Assembly (NCBI GenBank): GCA_013239625.1
Contig: MU054323.1
Location: 10,075,186-10,139,185 of the forward strand
Direction of reading: 5' to 3'
DNA: 64,000 bases
Source: Lama guanicoe
Lineage: Eukaryota
A program made the translations under genes and the position numbers. Below are positions 29,711-42,030 of this stretch, piece after piece. The notes beneath the pieces are model-generated. The model was not told the DNA's origin, searched no databases, and worked only from the letters and a program-made list of their open reading frames with translations. The stretch's first letter is position 1. The number at the start of each line of letters is the position of its first letter.

Positions 29711-32375
29711 GCAGTTCAACAGACTTCGAAGTAGGGCTACTTAAAAATATATTACCTTTGAAAAGCTTTGCTTTAGCAGATAGAGTGGGTGTTGGCAGCC
29801 TGTACACAGTCAACCAGATGATCAATTGACAAACATGTCTACACTTAATAATTCATGGCACCAGCTCCCCAGATACATGCAAAGCACTGGTTTATTTTAG
29901 AAAAAAGAGAATATATTTCTCAAAATCCCTTTCATTCATGTTGTAGGGTTTATGAGGCAAGTCTCATCAAATGTAAGCTCTTCACAATGAAAGAAAAGTC
30001 TCTTTGGTCTGGCTGCCTGCATTTTCTATCAACATGGATAATTTTAGGTTCGGAACTGGGTAAAGCATAGGATGTGAGGACAGAAAATAGTTGCTGCTTA
30101 CGGTAAACAGCCACGCAGACCCACGCTGCGGAGGGAAGTTGCGTTTCATTTTGAAGATTGTTTTTATATTTGCAAAAAACTATCACAGTTCTGCCAGAAT
30201 ATTATATTTGCTTTTTTACTCCATGAATCCTTTTGCTGGAACTAGAAAATTGTGTTTTCCCTGGGGCAGAGCCATTTGCTCTGTTACTAACGTGCTAAGT
30301 AAAGAGCTGGCTGAGCTCTTCTGTCTCCGAGGCTCTGGGCTATCGTGGGTGTGGAGGATGCCTGTGCGGCCCGGAAAGGGGTCAGCCCCAGTAAGAATAC
30401 GGGTATAATGTGCACCCCTTAAATTAATCTCCTATGGTGGGCTCCCTTTATCTTTATATCCAATGCTCCTTCTTGGTTCCTAACTGTGAAGGAAAAGTAT
30501 AGACCCATGAGTTTTTAATGGGTTGGTTCCATTGGCTTAATTAATGAAAAAAGATAAAACAAAACAGAAAACCCTGCTCTCCCTTCCCCCGGAGCACACA
30601 CTGCTTGCTTCCTGAACAGGCCCGCGCCTCGTACCCCCACTGCTGGCGTAACTGTGGAGGGAGCCCGGCCAGCTCCATCTCAAGCAAGTTTCCTGCAGCT
30701 GGCTGTTCCCCCACACTGATCTCACCCGGCCCTGCCCTGCCTGGGCGGCTAAACTCCCTCCCATTTCCTGCAGCCCAGGCGGTTCCCAGGGTCCACCCAC
30801 CCGTCCTGCTGCTCCCTGCGTCTGCTCTGAGCATTAGTGCAGCTACCCAGCAAACGTGAGCTTGCAGCTGGGTGTGTCCAGACATTTCCCAATAGAGGGG
30901 TGGGTCGTGGCCCCTCTTGGCAGTTTGATCCACTGTTCCTTGGGTGCCCTGGAAGAGATTGTCCTGTCACCCTTATTTAAACAACTGGACAGGTCAAGAT
31001 GGGATTCATTTACTTGGAGCCGCGGTCTGTCCCTGGGGGTGGTAGCTTAGTCCTCAGGGCCCAGTTTAACATGTGATCTGTTTCAACAAGAAAGGCCTCG
31101 AAGTCTATAATTTCTCCAAACTTAAAAAATCAGCTTTGCTGCTGATTTGGAGGATTGCCTCTTAGCAGTGCCCCGTGGGTGAGAATTCTTGTCTTTTGAC
31201 AACCCACCGAGCCTTCGCTGAAACACCCAATTACTGCAAATTCTTTTCTAAATAGAAAGCACTGCACAGCCTCCAGTGGAAAAATTCCAAAATCTGCAGC
31301 AAATATCTAGCTCATTGGCAGAAGCAGGTTTTTGGCATGAAGGACTCTTCTTCACTTCAATTTCAACTCCAGCAGAAGTTCTGCAGATGACGTGGGAATA
31401 AAGTTGGCTGAGAAGCCCCTGGGGGAGACTGGGGTGCGTGTGTGTGCGCGCACTTCAGCCCCCATGGGGTGCGGAGAATAGGCTGCCTTGTTTGGGAGGT
31501 TTGGTTGAACCCACTCAGCCTGAGAGGCATGTGAATGCGTAGGGCAGAGCATTTGAGATGTGTCTCTGAGACATGCTTAGCCAGAGAAGCAGCAGGGCTG
31601 CACTGATGGGCTGGAAGCTTTGCTTTTAGGGCTTTGGAGCCGAGCTTGGGAAGGAGAAGGAGGGTAGGTGGAGCTGTGTGTCTTAGTTCCAGCACGGCTT
31701 CTTAATCTCTGGAGCAATCAGCTTCTAAACAGAGCTCATAATGGGCACTTGAATGCTGTGCCACTAGTTAACCTTAAAAAAACAAAGCTTTCCAACGATT
31801 TGTATAAGTACGTATGCTTTCGGCAATTGGAAGGATGGAATAGTCAAGGGCCATGAAATGTACAAAAAAAAAAAGTAACGAAAAACAACAGATTTTAGTG
31901 CCAGGCACACCTGTTCACATGTTGCTCTGTTCTCTTCCTAGCTGTGTGACCTCAGGCAAGGACCTTGGGGGGTGAGTAGCGGGGGTGCTGCTTTGGTTTT
32001 TTTATCTGCAAAACTGAGAGAATGCTATCTGCTTCATTCACTGTTGAGAGAATAAAATGGTTTCCCAGAACTAACCCAGGTAAAATTCCTGGCTCATCAA
32101 GCATGCAATAAATACATTTTCCCTCTAAATTAAGGCCAGCACTTGAAGGATTAGAGTTATTGTGGGGTCCAAAGTTATAGTTAATCTTTGAACCCCAAGG
32201 CAAATAGCGAGTTTAGAATTGAGCAGACTCTCTGGGCAGTGCCCCTTCCAGGGCTTTCCAAGGCAGCTCAGGAGGAGTTCGATTGGCTCACTCTCTCTGG
32301 GGCTGCTTGACGCTTGGCTGTCATCCTTTGCCTTCTGGGGTGACTGGCATCAGTGTGACTCAGTTGGCCAGCCCG

Positions 32376-32556
32376 TCAGGCCACTTCCTTCTGCTGGGGC
32401 TTGTCCTGGGCGTGGCCAGCGTTGGCCTCCCGCTGCAGCCCGTGGCCCAGCACGCAGAGCTCGGGGGGCGGTGCACCCCTGCTGCTGCCGCCCTTCAGCT
32501 CTGGGGCACAGGGGCTCTTCCATGGCTCTGCGTCCTTGGGGCTGTCCTCACTGCTG
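32376..32556 (-). CDS. PCARE: PCARE exon 2 coding part
   Basis: Minus-strand acceptor CTTTCTCTCTGCAG|C. Encodes (S)[59 protein letters not shown] then TGA. The phase matches exon 1, and the CVLGHGLQ motif is as recalled for the PCARE C-terminus. Confidence 0.93.
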
Positions 32557-35500
32557 CTGCAGAGAGAAAGGACAGGGGCCAATCAAACCGTCCTCTGTTT
32601 TTCCTTCTGTCCCCCCTGCCCCCTTCTCCATTCGGTTTCTCTCTGGCTCTCCCATCTGTGTCACCCACAGACCCAGTGGACCCCTGGTGCCTGGCCTCTG
32701 CATTTCCACATCAGCTTTGCCAGCTGGCACTGTCCTTGTGCATGCCCTCTGTGGAGCCAAGTTTCTGGCATTTAATCTGACAGGTTGAGTCCTGTTCATT
32801 CCTGGGATGCCCAGATCCTGCTGCTCTGAACAAAGCATCCCCCTCAGGAACTCAGGAGCCTGGGCTTTATTTTGGCTTTGATTTTAAAGCATTTCTTATT
32901 TAATAAAAGGCTAGGGTTAGCTAGTTGAATTAAAAACAACACCAACAATAACAGCAAAAACAAAGCCAAAAAACCCCTGCTTTCTCAGCTGCCACCCTTT
33001 TCCTGAATGGAGTAAAAATAATGGCTTGTCCTAGACCTGGCACTTGGCTAGAAAGGTGCTTCCCAGCTGCTGAGTACCATGGTGAGAGGGGCTCTGAACA
33101 GAGAGGGGCACCCAGTGTGCTCTGAGAGTGCAGAATGGAGGGTGGGCACAGCATGGAGCAAGCCTCAGCCCGAGGGGGACCAGCTCAGAGAGCCACACCG
33201 GCTATGGGCGGCCAGGCTGGCCTCACAGCGACCACGTGGAGGGTGGAGTCTGGTTGTCTGGGTTCACGTCGTGGCCTTTCCACTTACCAGCTGTGTGACC
33301 TGTAGCACATTGATTAATCTCTCTGATTTTCAGTTTCCTTCTTTGTAAAAGGGAGATAGTAATAGTACTCATCTCACAGGACACTCGAAGGTGTCAATAT
33401 TGGATGAAGCATGTAAAACTCTAACCAGCACATGATAGATGCTCAATAAGTGGTCAGCTGTCCCTGGTGCTGTTTTGTAGCATGAATAGGAAGTCACACC
33501 TGCAAGGACCTGAGGGATGACCCTGTCTTACGGCAGGTTGGCACCCGAGGCTCAGAGCCTCTCCATCAGTCACCCCAGGGCCAGGGCTGCACCCACTCTC
33601 TACATGCACTAGGAGCCCTTCTCTCTGCCCATGACAGCACCTTCTTGACTGTATTATGAGTGTGCCCAGCTCTGTATGTTTAGGCTTTACTGGGATGTCC
33701 AACCAGTGGTGGACAGGTTTGAGTTTGGATTCTAACAGGATCAAGGTGGCAGAATTGGGGGGTGAAGACTAACACTGGCCTACATACATGATCTTCAGGT
33801 AGCTCTGGTTCCTTAGAGCCATCTCATCCACGTCAGCCTCTGGCCCCAACATAAGTTCCTGCAGGACCTTGTGATTTGGGGGCCACAGCTCCTTTCTTAT
33901 TTCCTTCTTCTCCCTGTGCCCCATTTGAGCAGGGGAAGGCATATGCGGGATATACTTCACAACCCTTTGCTGCTCCAGATTGGAGGCGCTGGCAGGAATG
34001 GAGGGGTGCCCAGAGGACAGGCTGTGGCATGCAGCATCAGTGGAAGCCGACACCAACGTCTGATACATGGTTTGGTCCTGGTACCGTCTTTCCCAACCCC
34101 AACCACGTCCCATGTCTGCATGGGGCTCAGGCCAGGAGGTCAATTTTCCAGTTGCCATATGGCTGTGGTTCCACCTGTTCCCAGGCAGCCCAGGTGGCCT
34201 GATCCAGGAAACGGGGTGGGGGGTTTAGGGAGCCCCTGCCTGGCTGGTCCAGTCCTGGCAAAGACTAAAAGCACCACATCTAGGGCAGCAAGTCCAGGCA
34301 CCTGAGAGCTGGGTAGAGACTTGTTCCTCCACCAGGAGATTCAACACGTCAGTAACAGCTGAAGCTCAGTAACTGAGCTCCCTGGGGAAGCCTCCAAGGA
34401 CTGTGCCCAGTCCCAGGGCCCCAGGATTGGGAAGATACCACCATCATCACTTTTTCTAAGTAAGGGGTTGGTGCCTAGCACAGCAATGACTGGAAGGAAA
34501 CCAGCACCAGACACAGGTCCGCTCATCCTGCAGGCCGGCCTCAGCTGCACAATAGGACGGGTGTGGCCGTCCCTGCAGGTCTCTGCTCCAGGAAACAGTC
34601 TGTTCTGTGCAGTTTCTGGCTCTCTGGCACTGGTTTTTTGTCTTGTGGTATGATCTTGGGGGAGTCATGCTCAGTTCCCTGGTGTTATTCTTTCCCACAT
34701 GCAGGAGGGCAGAAAGAATGCTTGTCGTCTACAGAGCAGCAAATGCCCGGTGCTCTTCCATCTTCTGCTCCCAGACGCCAACTTAACAGGACTGGGTCGG
34801 GGGTTGGGGGTTGTGTCTGGGGAACGAGCTTTTCCCTATCCCAGCCATCACGTGCTCACAGTCTCACAGTCTGGAACAGCTTAGAGGCGTGGTCCGACAG
34901 GAGACAGGGGAACGGGTGTGAGTCACTCTGTGACCTTCCACATGACCTCGGGAAGGCTCCTGTTCATGATCCCCCCCTCTTTCAAGCTACAAGTCTTCCC
35001 TACCCCATCCCTCTGCATATTGAGATTCAGGACATAAAACAACCTTTTAGGCTTCCCTATGCCGAGGAAAAGCCTGAGAGAATGGCATTATTTTCTCCTT
35101 GAACAATTTTATGTTACTTTATTATTGCTCCTGCTGTTTTAAAATGTTAGTGTTTTTAATTAATGCCATTTTATTGTCCCCGTTCTCTCAAGCTCTTCTC
35201 CTGAAGGGCACAGTTTTAGAAATCTAATAACTGAGTAAGTGGCTAGTGTGAAGAATAATGCATTAACATTTATAGATATTCTCAGATGAAAGGCACTGTG
35301 CTGTAGGAAGCTCATTTTAGATTTAAGAAAAGAGCAACGTTACATTAAGATTCTTGCAAAAATAATCAATATTTCATTTCTTGCAAGTTGGCTGGGGAAG
35401 TTTATATAACTGTAATAATGCACAACTTTCCTGAGATAATATCTTTATTTAAAATTGACTGCCAAGGACTTGGTAAAAAATTACCATTTACGCCTCAACA

Positions 35501-36035
35501 GACTGTGAGGTCTGTAATGCGTAACGCTCTGGCAGAAGTTAACTTCTGATTCACACAACTGTGGGCGGTGCGAGGAGAGCTGGGCCTGGCGTGGGTTGAG
35601 TTTTGTCTGATCTGATATCAAGTCACATTGATAGAGTTCCTCTTTAATGGACCTCAGATTTACATTGTTTTCCCCACGTCACAATTCAGGAAAAGATGCC
35701 TTTCCCTGTATACTCTGTAAAAGAACCACTTCAGCACACGAGTCCTCTCCACGCCCAGGCAATGCCCATGCTTTGAGTCACGCCCCATTGCAGCCGCATG
35801 TCCAGGCCTGCCTGCATGGCTGGGCCAAGGACAGGCGAGTCAGCTGCCCTTCACGGGAAAGGCACACTTCACAGGCCTGGCCACCCTTCTGCCTGGGTTC
35901 TGGTGCTCAGAGCTCATGAACAGTCTTGTTCTTACTCTCCACACCTCTGAAGGGGAAGATGGGGAAGAGACTAGACTTGAGGAGGTCCTCAGGGGTCTGG
36001 GGAAGCGAAACTTTTATATCCAATACCTCCAGGAC

Positions 36036-36545
36036 CAGCTGTTCTCAAGGTGTGTCCCCGGGGTACCCTCCCAGACCCTTTCGAGGGGAGGGTCATTTAT
36101 GTGGTCAGAACTATTTTCATAAGAATACTAAGATGCTATGGGCCTTTTTTTCATTCTTTCATGAATGTGAAGTAGAGTTTTCCAGTCTACACGATTGTGT
36201 GATATCACAACAGAGTAACTGTGGACAAAGATCTGAGAGTCCAGCTGTCTTTCTGTGAAGCCACACGGTAAAGAGATTTGCAAAAATATAACAGTGCCAC
36301 TCTTTTCACTAAATTTTTGTTGTGGAAAATACAGCCAAGTTTCCATTAGAATGTATTATTTATGTTAACATGGAATAGGATCATTTTTTTAAATTAATAA
36401 ATATTTTAAACATCTCTCAATTTTAAATTGTAATATAGTAAAAAGTGATAGATGCACGGAGACAAAAGCTCCTTGGTAGGGTGGGTCTTAATAATTCTGA
36501 AGGACTTAAGGAAGTCCTGGGGCCAAAAAGTTTGAGCACCTCCCA
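36036..36545. mobile_element. hAT-Charlie non-autonomous DNA transposon fossil (about 510 bp) in the PCARE intron
   Basis: Begins CAGCTGTTCTCAAGGTGTG and ends AAAAGTTTGAGCACC, matching Charlie-type inverted termini. Contains AACTATTTTCATAAGAATACTAAGA. Confidence 0.65.
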
Positions 36546-36944
36546 CCAAGAGGCTGGTCTGTTGCCATAAGCCAGAAAAGGCAGAAATCAGGCTGCTGGT
36601 TGGGGTGACAGTGACTCACCCTTGGGAAGCAAGTCACTTTATCTCAGTCTCCCCACCTATAAAACAAGGGGCTTGTGTGGTTAGACTAACTAGATTGTTT
36701 TAAACTTAATTTTTAATACAGCAGAGCCTCATTCAGTGATATCTTTCTCGGGCACCTGAAATGTGCAACAGATGGAAGACAGTTGCTCAAGGCCGGGGGG
36801 TGGGGGAGGGGAGGCATCCCTAGACCCCTTTTCCAGATGCTCTTTTCTTGGAGCACAGTTTGAAAACCACTGACCCAGATGACCTAAGGGCTCATCAGCT
36901 CTATTCTAATAACCACAGGGCTGTAGCCCGAGGACTGGCCTTAC

Positions 36945-39900
36945 CTGCTCTGGCCAAGCTGGGATTCACAAGTGTTGCTGGTGGCGCCCGTGGCAGGCAG
37001 GTGAAGGCAGACACCCGGCCGGCGGTCAGAAGCTGTCCTTCTGATGAAAGGCTGAGGGTTGAGGGAGCACAGAGCTGTCCCTCGCTGGGAGTCCGCCCTC
37101 AGTCGTGGCCCCGAGCTGCTCCTCCAGCAACCCGCCATGAGGGTCCCACGTGGGATGGCAGCTTCTGGTGGCAGCGATGGTGGGGTAAGTGGGTGTGCTG
37201 TTGAGAATGGCGATTTAGCTTCAAACAGAAAGGAGGTGGCTGGACAGAAAATAGAACATGTGTTCCCAGATGCCTTGGCTGTGGCTGCTTGACTGTCTTC
37301 AGAATCTCTGGTTTCCTTGGGCCCCTGACTGGGAGACACTGGGGGAGATGGGGAAGGGCCAGAGGCAGGGGAACTGGCTTCTGTGAGCTGGGAAAGGGGG
37401 CTGGAGGACTTGTGCTGTGGGGGTGGGCTTGCCGAGGAGGGACTGGGCAGTTTGTGCTGGTGGGGAGGGGAGGCTCGTTTCTTAACTGATGGGGGACTTA
37501 GCACCCTGGGGCTCACTGGAGGGCTGAGTGGTGGGCTGGGGGACCCATGCACACAGGGGACACTTGTCTGGGCAGGTCTGTGAGAGGAAGGCAGGCCTGA
37601 GTGCCTCTTGTCCACTCTGGGTGTCCAGTGAGCCCTTGTGGGAGAGGCTTTCCTGACCAGCGCGGGGCTTCTGTCTTGGTTCTGCCTTGGGGCCTCGGGA
37701 GAATGTGGCCCTCGCCCTGGCCTGGCCAGGCTGGGCTCTGAGGCCCTGTTCTGCCCAGATGTGTGGCTGGAGTGGTGCCAGTGCACGGCCTTCTGGGGAC
37801 GCCTGGAGAGGCTTGTGGCCCTGTCCACTCGTTCCCGACTCTGAGCCCTGCCGCCCTGCGCGTCTGGGTTTCCACTGATTGCTGTCGGGTGGCTGAGGTC
37901 CAAGGCCAGCTTTCCGGGGCTGCAGCCGCCCTTACTGCTCCTTGGCTCTGCGCTGCGGGCCCTGGTGAGGGTGGCAGCATTCTTGCTGGGCAGCAGGTCA
38001 GCAGGGCTCATGGAGGCTCTTAGCTTTGGGGAAGCCCACATTCTCCGGGCAGGGCCAGCTCCTCCCAGCCCTGGCACGTGGGTCCCTTCAAGGGAGCTCT
38101 CCACCAGCTTGCTGCTTTCTGGGGGCTCCAGAGAAGTAAATGATTTGTCCATCAGGATTTCCAGAGGAGGTGGAGGGAGATGCTCTGGGTTGTCCTCTGT
38201 CTCACAGTTGAGGTCATCACTCTTGGATGCTTCTGCTGTAAGCAGAGGGGGAAAAATGGGAGCAAATCCGGAGAGATTTTCTCCCATCCGGAGAGAAACT
38301 CCACCAGCTGCTGGAGAAATTTGGAATTTTGGATACAAAGGGGCAAGCCCTCTGTAAATAGGGAATCTGGGAGGCATGGCGGGGACCCCCCACTTCCTGA
38401 GGCAGGGGCTTGGCCCAGAGTCCTTGGAATCCCCCAGCGTCCTCGGACTGTCTGTGAGACTGAAAGTTTCGATGAGTTTCTTGACTGATGTTCTGGTGGG
38501 ACAGCTGCTGATGTTCCAGTCCCTGGCCCTGGGGGCCTCACTGGCCCTCTCACCTGATGGGATGACATTTGGAAGCCCCTCAGCTTTTCCCTGCCGGGGC
38601 TGTTCGCCCTCAGGGCGGGGATGGCATTTCTGCAAGATGCTCCTGTCCTGACTTGGCAAAATGCTGAAGTTCTTGGTGAGGGACGCCTTCAGCCTGCTGA
38701 TGGTGGTGCTCGGGGTGTCCCTGTAGTAGTTGTCGGGCCTCAGCGCCACTGCTCTGGGCTGTAGAACCTGCTCCTTGCTCTGCCCTTGCCGTCCTGTGCC
38801 CAGGGCATAAAACGCGTCCAGCCTCTGGCTGAGGTCTCTCTGGACCCTCCGCAGCTCCTGGAGGGTGGGGTCCTCCTCGTGGCTTTTAAGACACCCCTCT
38901 GACTGGGACCTCCTCTGCCTCGAGGGGGCCCTCCTGCTGCCACTGGCTGTGCTAGGTCTCGGGGGGATCATGGTCCTCTCCTCTTCCTCAGTCCAGTCCT
39001 GGTGCTCAGAGGGCACAGGGACAAACTTAATCCTTTCACTGATTGCTGCCTTCATCTTCAGAATCATTTCCTGGGCCTGGGGGCTCCTAAGCCTCCTGGG
39101 GTGTGGCTGCAGTGGGCTTTCGGCACCAGCAGGTGATGACTGTGGCCTTGGATGAGAAGCATTTTCCTGCCGCGCACGTGGACTCACGTAACTCTCTTCA
39201 TCTTCCTCCTCTGGGCTGCTGTCCTCACCTTCACTGAGGGACAGAGTATCCATCAACCCAGAGCCTTTCGATAAATGGGCTTCCCTGGAGATCCCGATCC
39301 CCAGGGAATCACACAAGGTACTGTGGTCCAGCCCCCAAGGCCTGGAGGTGGTATTTTCCCGGCCTGTGTTAGAAGGCCAGGGGCTCCCTGATCCACCCTG
39401 CGCTGCTGGCTGAACCTTGGCTGTAGGAGGCCTTGAGAGTGGGCAGTCCTGGGGTCTGTCTGAACCCATCTGGAATGGACTTTGCTGCCAAGTGTGTCCT
39501 GACAGCCTGGCCTCCACCATGGGTGAACCCACGGGCTTCCACTCTGCAGGCTCCGGCACTAAGTCCCAGTTGGCTTGCTTGCCCGGCTTGTCTGCCAGCT
39601 GCACAAACTCACTGTCGGCACCAATACCACTGTCCTCAGAGCACAGGGGTAGACCCTGCACTTCAGGGTCGCTGTGGCCGCTCGCCAAGCTCTCCAGTTG
39701 CCCCAGAGCCCTTTGGAGGCGCTCATCCACAGCCCTCTTCGTGCTCAGCCTAGTCCCCAGGTGGCTTGCAGTGGCCTGGAGGTAGCGGCTGGAGCCTTCC
39801 AGGAGGCTGCCGGTGAGCGAGGCCACCGTGCCGCTGAGCGCCTGCAGCTTGCTGACTGTGTACTGCAGAAGCTGCTGCAGGAGATCTGGCTGCTCCCGCG

Positions 39901-40696
39901 GCTCTCCTTTCCTCAACGGCCAAGCCAGATCCTCGCTAACTTCCTGGAGAAGCACTTCTCCGTCCTTGGAGATCTCCCCCAAGAGCTGGTTGACCTCATC
40001 AAAGCACAGCAAGAGGAAGCTGACCATGGGCTGCAGCAGCTCCTGGGTCTGGGTGGCGCGATGGGTGATGCTCAGAATTGCTTCATATTTGGACAGGCAG
40101 GAGTGCAGATAGGTGTAAGCGTGCTGGTGGGCCCTCACCAGGGGCTCGGGGAAGTCCACTTTGTCCTCAGACTCATGGGCAGAAAGGATGGTTTGGCCGT
40201 AGTGGCCCTGTCTGCCCGACCTGTGACATTTTGGCCTCTTTTCCCATTTGGAGGTCTCCTGGGTATTCCTTTCTTCACTCTCTTCCCCAGAAAAGGCTGC
40301 TGCCTGTGACTCGTGGGAGCTCTGTCTCTTGAATGGAATGTCTGTAGCCAGGTAGCTTCGTGGTTTGGTCAGCTGGGATGGGCAGGTTTTGGTTTCTGCA
40401 ATCAGTCCTTCCATAGCTTTCCTTTCGCCTGAAGTGGGATCTCTGGTGAGCTGACCAAGGCTTTCAGCCTCGCTTTGGGTCCACCTGGGACTTGGCAGCT
40501 CTCCTGTTGGCCTCTGTCCTCGGGACAAGCCCCCTCCAGAGTCATAGCAGGTGGAGCTCTGAACCAGCAAAGGGAGGGAGCAACTATCACTGGCCCCCTG
40601 ATGTCCTGGCAGAATTGCTTTGGGCTTTTTAAAAAACTGGATGCCACTCTTAGCGACGCTGTTAACAATATCACTGTGGGAAGGTGTACATCCCAT
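36945..40696 (-). CDS. PCARE: PCARE (C2orf71, photoreceptor cilium actin regulator) exon 1 coding part
   Basis: 3752-nt uninterrupted frame starting [21 protein letters not shown] (G2 myristoylation / C3 palmitoylation motif). Contains a helical region ([15 protein letters not shown]), a WH2-like [12 protein letters not shown] and a Pro/Ser-rich C-terminal half. Donor AG|GTAAGG at 36944, phase 2. With exon 2 the CDS is 3933 nt, or 1310 aa. Confidence 0.97.
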
Positions 40697-40969
40697 GATG
40701 TCAGCTTGTAGTCATCTCCCACCTGCAACCCTCACAGTTTTCAGAGAATCACAGTTGAAACAGGAACAAAAGGCAATCTTACTAGTCCATCCAGACAATT
40801 TCCAGGCCAGAATCCTTTGAGGTTCAAGATGCAATGTCCTGAACTTGGAGCCAGCGTCTTTACTTCTTTGGCCCCAGAGTGCAGACGTAGTGGTGCCGCC
40901 GTTCTGCTGCTGTTCTAAGTTTTGAACCCTTTGCTGCTAGTGAGCAACAAGGCAATTCTAAAGGACTTC

Positions 40970-41140
40970 AGTCTCGTGGATTATGGGCCTGCATATTGCT
41001 CGTGTCCTGACAGATGTGCATGGCGAGTGGAACTTTAAGCCTATTAGGTTAATCATGCCCTAGCCAGTCAGCACTCACAGCGTGTTCTAATATAGAACTT
41101 CTCAGCGTTTGCTATCTTGGGAAGCGGATTATTCTTGCAC
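40970..41140 (-). promoter_or_regulatory. PCARE: PCARE proximal promoter with photoreceptor transcription-factor motifs
   Basis: CRX/OTX-type sites GGATTA (40978-40983, 41126-41131), TAAGCC (41036-41041) and TAATCA (41050-41055). MAF/NRL half-site GTCAGCA (41067-41073) and E-box CAGATG (41011-41016). All lie 280-440 bp upstream of the ATG. Confidence 0.7.
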
Positions 41141-41814
41141 GTGCTTCTGCTTTTAATTCTGTTCAGACGCCTGCCATGTGAAACCTAGAGAAATGAGCTC
41201 TAATTGCAAAAGGCTCTGAAAGAGACACATTGGTGGAGGAGAAGTGAGGGCTCGCTGAATGCAGGCCCTGGCAGAGAAGTGACCTTCACAGGTTAATAAG
41301 GGCAGATCAGCCGAGTGAGTGTGCTCCCGCCTGCTGTTATCCGGGAGACCCCCAAACACGCAACAGATGGGGGTTGAAGTGACACGTTGTTGTTTGTGTG
41401 GCATGTAAGAATACCGCAACTCTCGATCTGGAGAATGTCTTTAAATAAGACAGGGAATAAAGAAGGGGAGGTGGCTTTCCTTTACACTAGAAAAGAGAGT
41501 TAGGTCACAGGGAGGTGTGGAGGGGAAAGCAGAAAAACTCACCTCCGTGTGAAGCTCAAGGCCGGTCAGCATGGACCGCAGGGGCCCAGGGAGGTAATGC
41601 TCTCACAGGGAGAGGCTTTTTATTAAACCTTTCTTGTAGGAAAATAAGCTAAAACTGGGCGGCAGAGAGCCATTAGGAGTAGAACATAAGGGGAAAGTGT
41701 ATTTTCCAAGCACAGCTTCTACTCAGTCTGAGTCCGGTGCTCCTGCCTACGGCTAAGGTAGCAACTGCCCATTTAAAAACTCCTTGGAAACTTCTTTGCT
41801 GTCAGTGCAGTCTA

Positions 41815-42030
41815 GAGCAGGGGTCTGGAGTAGGGAGCCTTGGGTTTAAATACTGACTCTGCCTCCTTTTAGTTGGGGGAACTTCCACGAGTTAGTTAAG
41901 TTCCCTGAGGCAGAACTCATCTTTGAAATGGGGATATTGGTACCTACTTCAGGGAGCTGTTGTGAGGATTCAGTCAATTAACACTAGGTAAGTGCTTGGC
42001 ACAGTGCCTGGCAAGTGGTAGGTACTGAAA
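41815..42030 (+). mobile_element. MIR SINE fossil
   Basis: TCTGGAGT...TGGGTTTAAATACTGACTCTGCC...CTCATCTTTGAAATGGGGATATTGGTACCTACTTCAGGGAGCTGTTGTGAGGATT...AAGTGCTTGGCACAGTGCCTGGCA. Confidence 0.8.

Noticed and set aside
32219..32788. Overlapping plus-strand ORFs of 124-189 aa
   Set aside because: GC-rich antisense shadows of PCARE exon 2 with non-ATG starts and no recognisable domain.
37059..40332. Many ORFs within PCARE exon 1, including the 211-aa ORF at 39674-40309
   Set aside because: Expected by-products of a long GC-rich coding exon on the opposite strand or in other frames.
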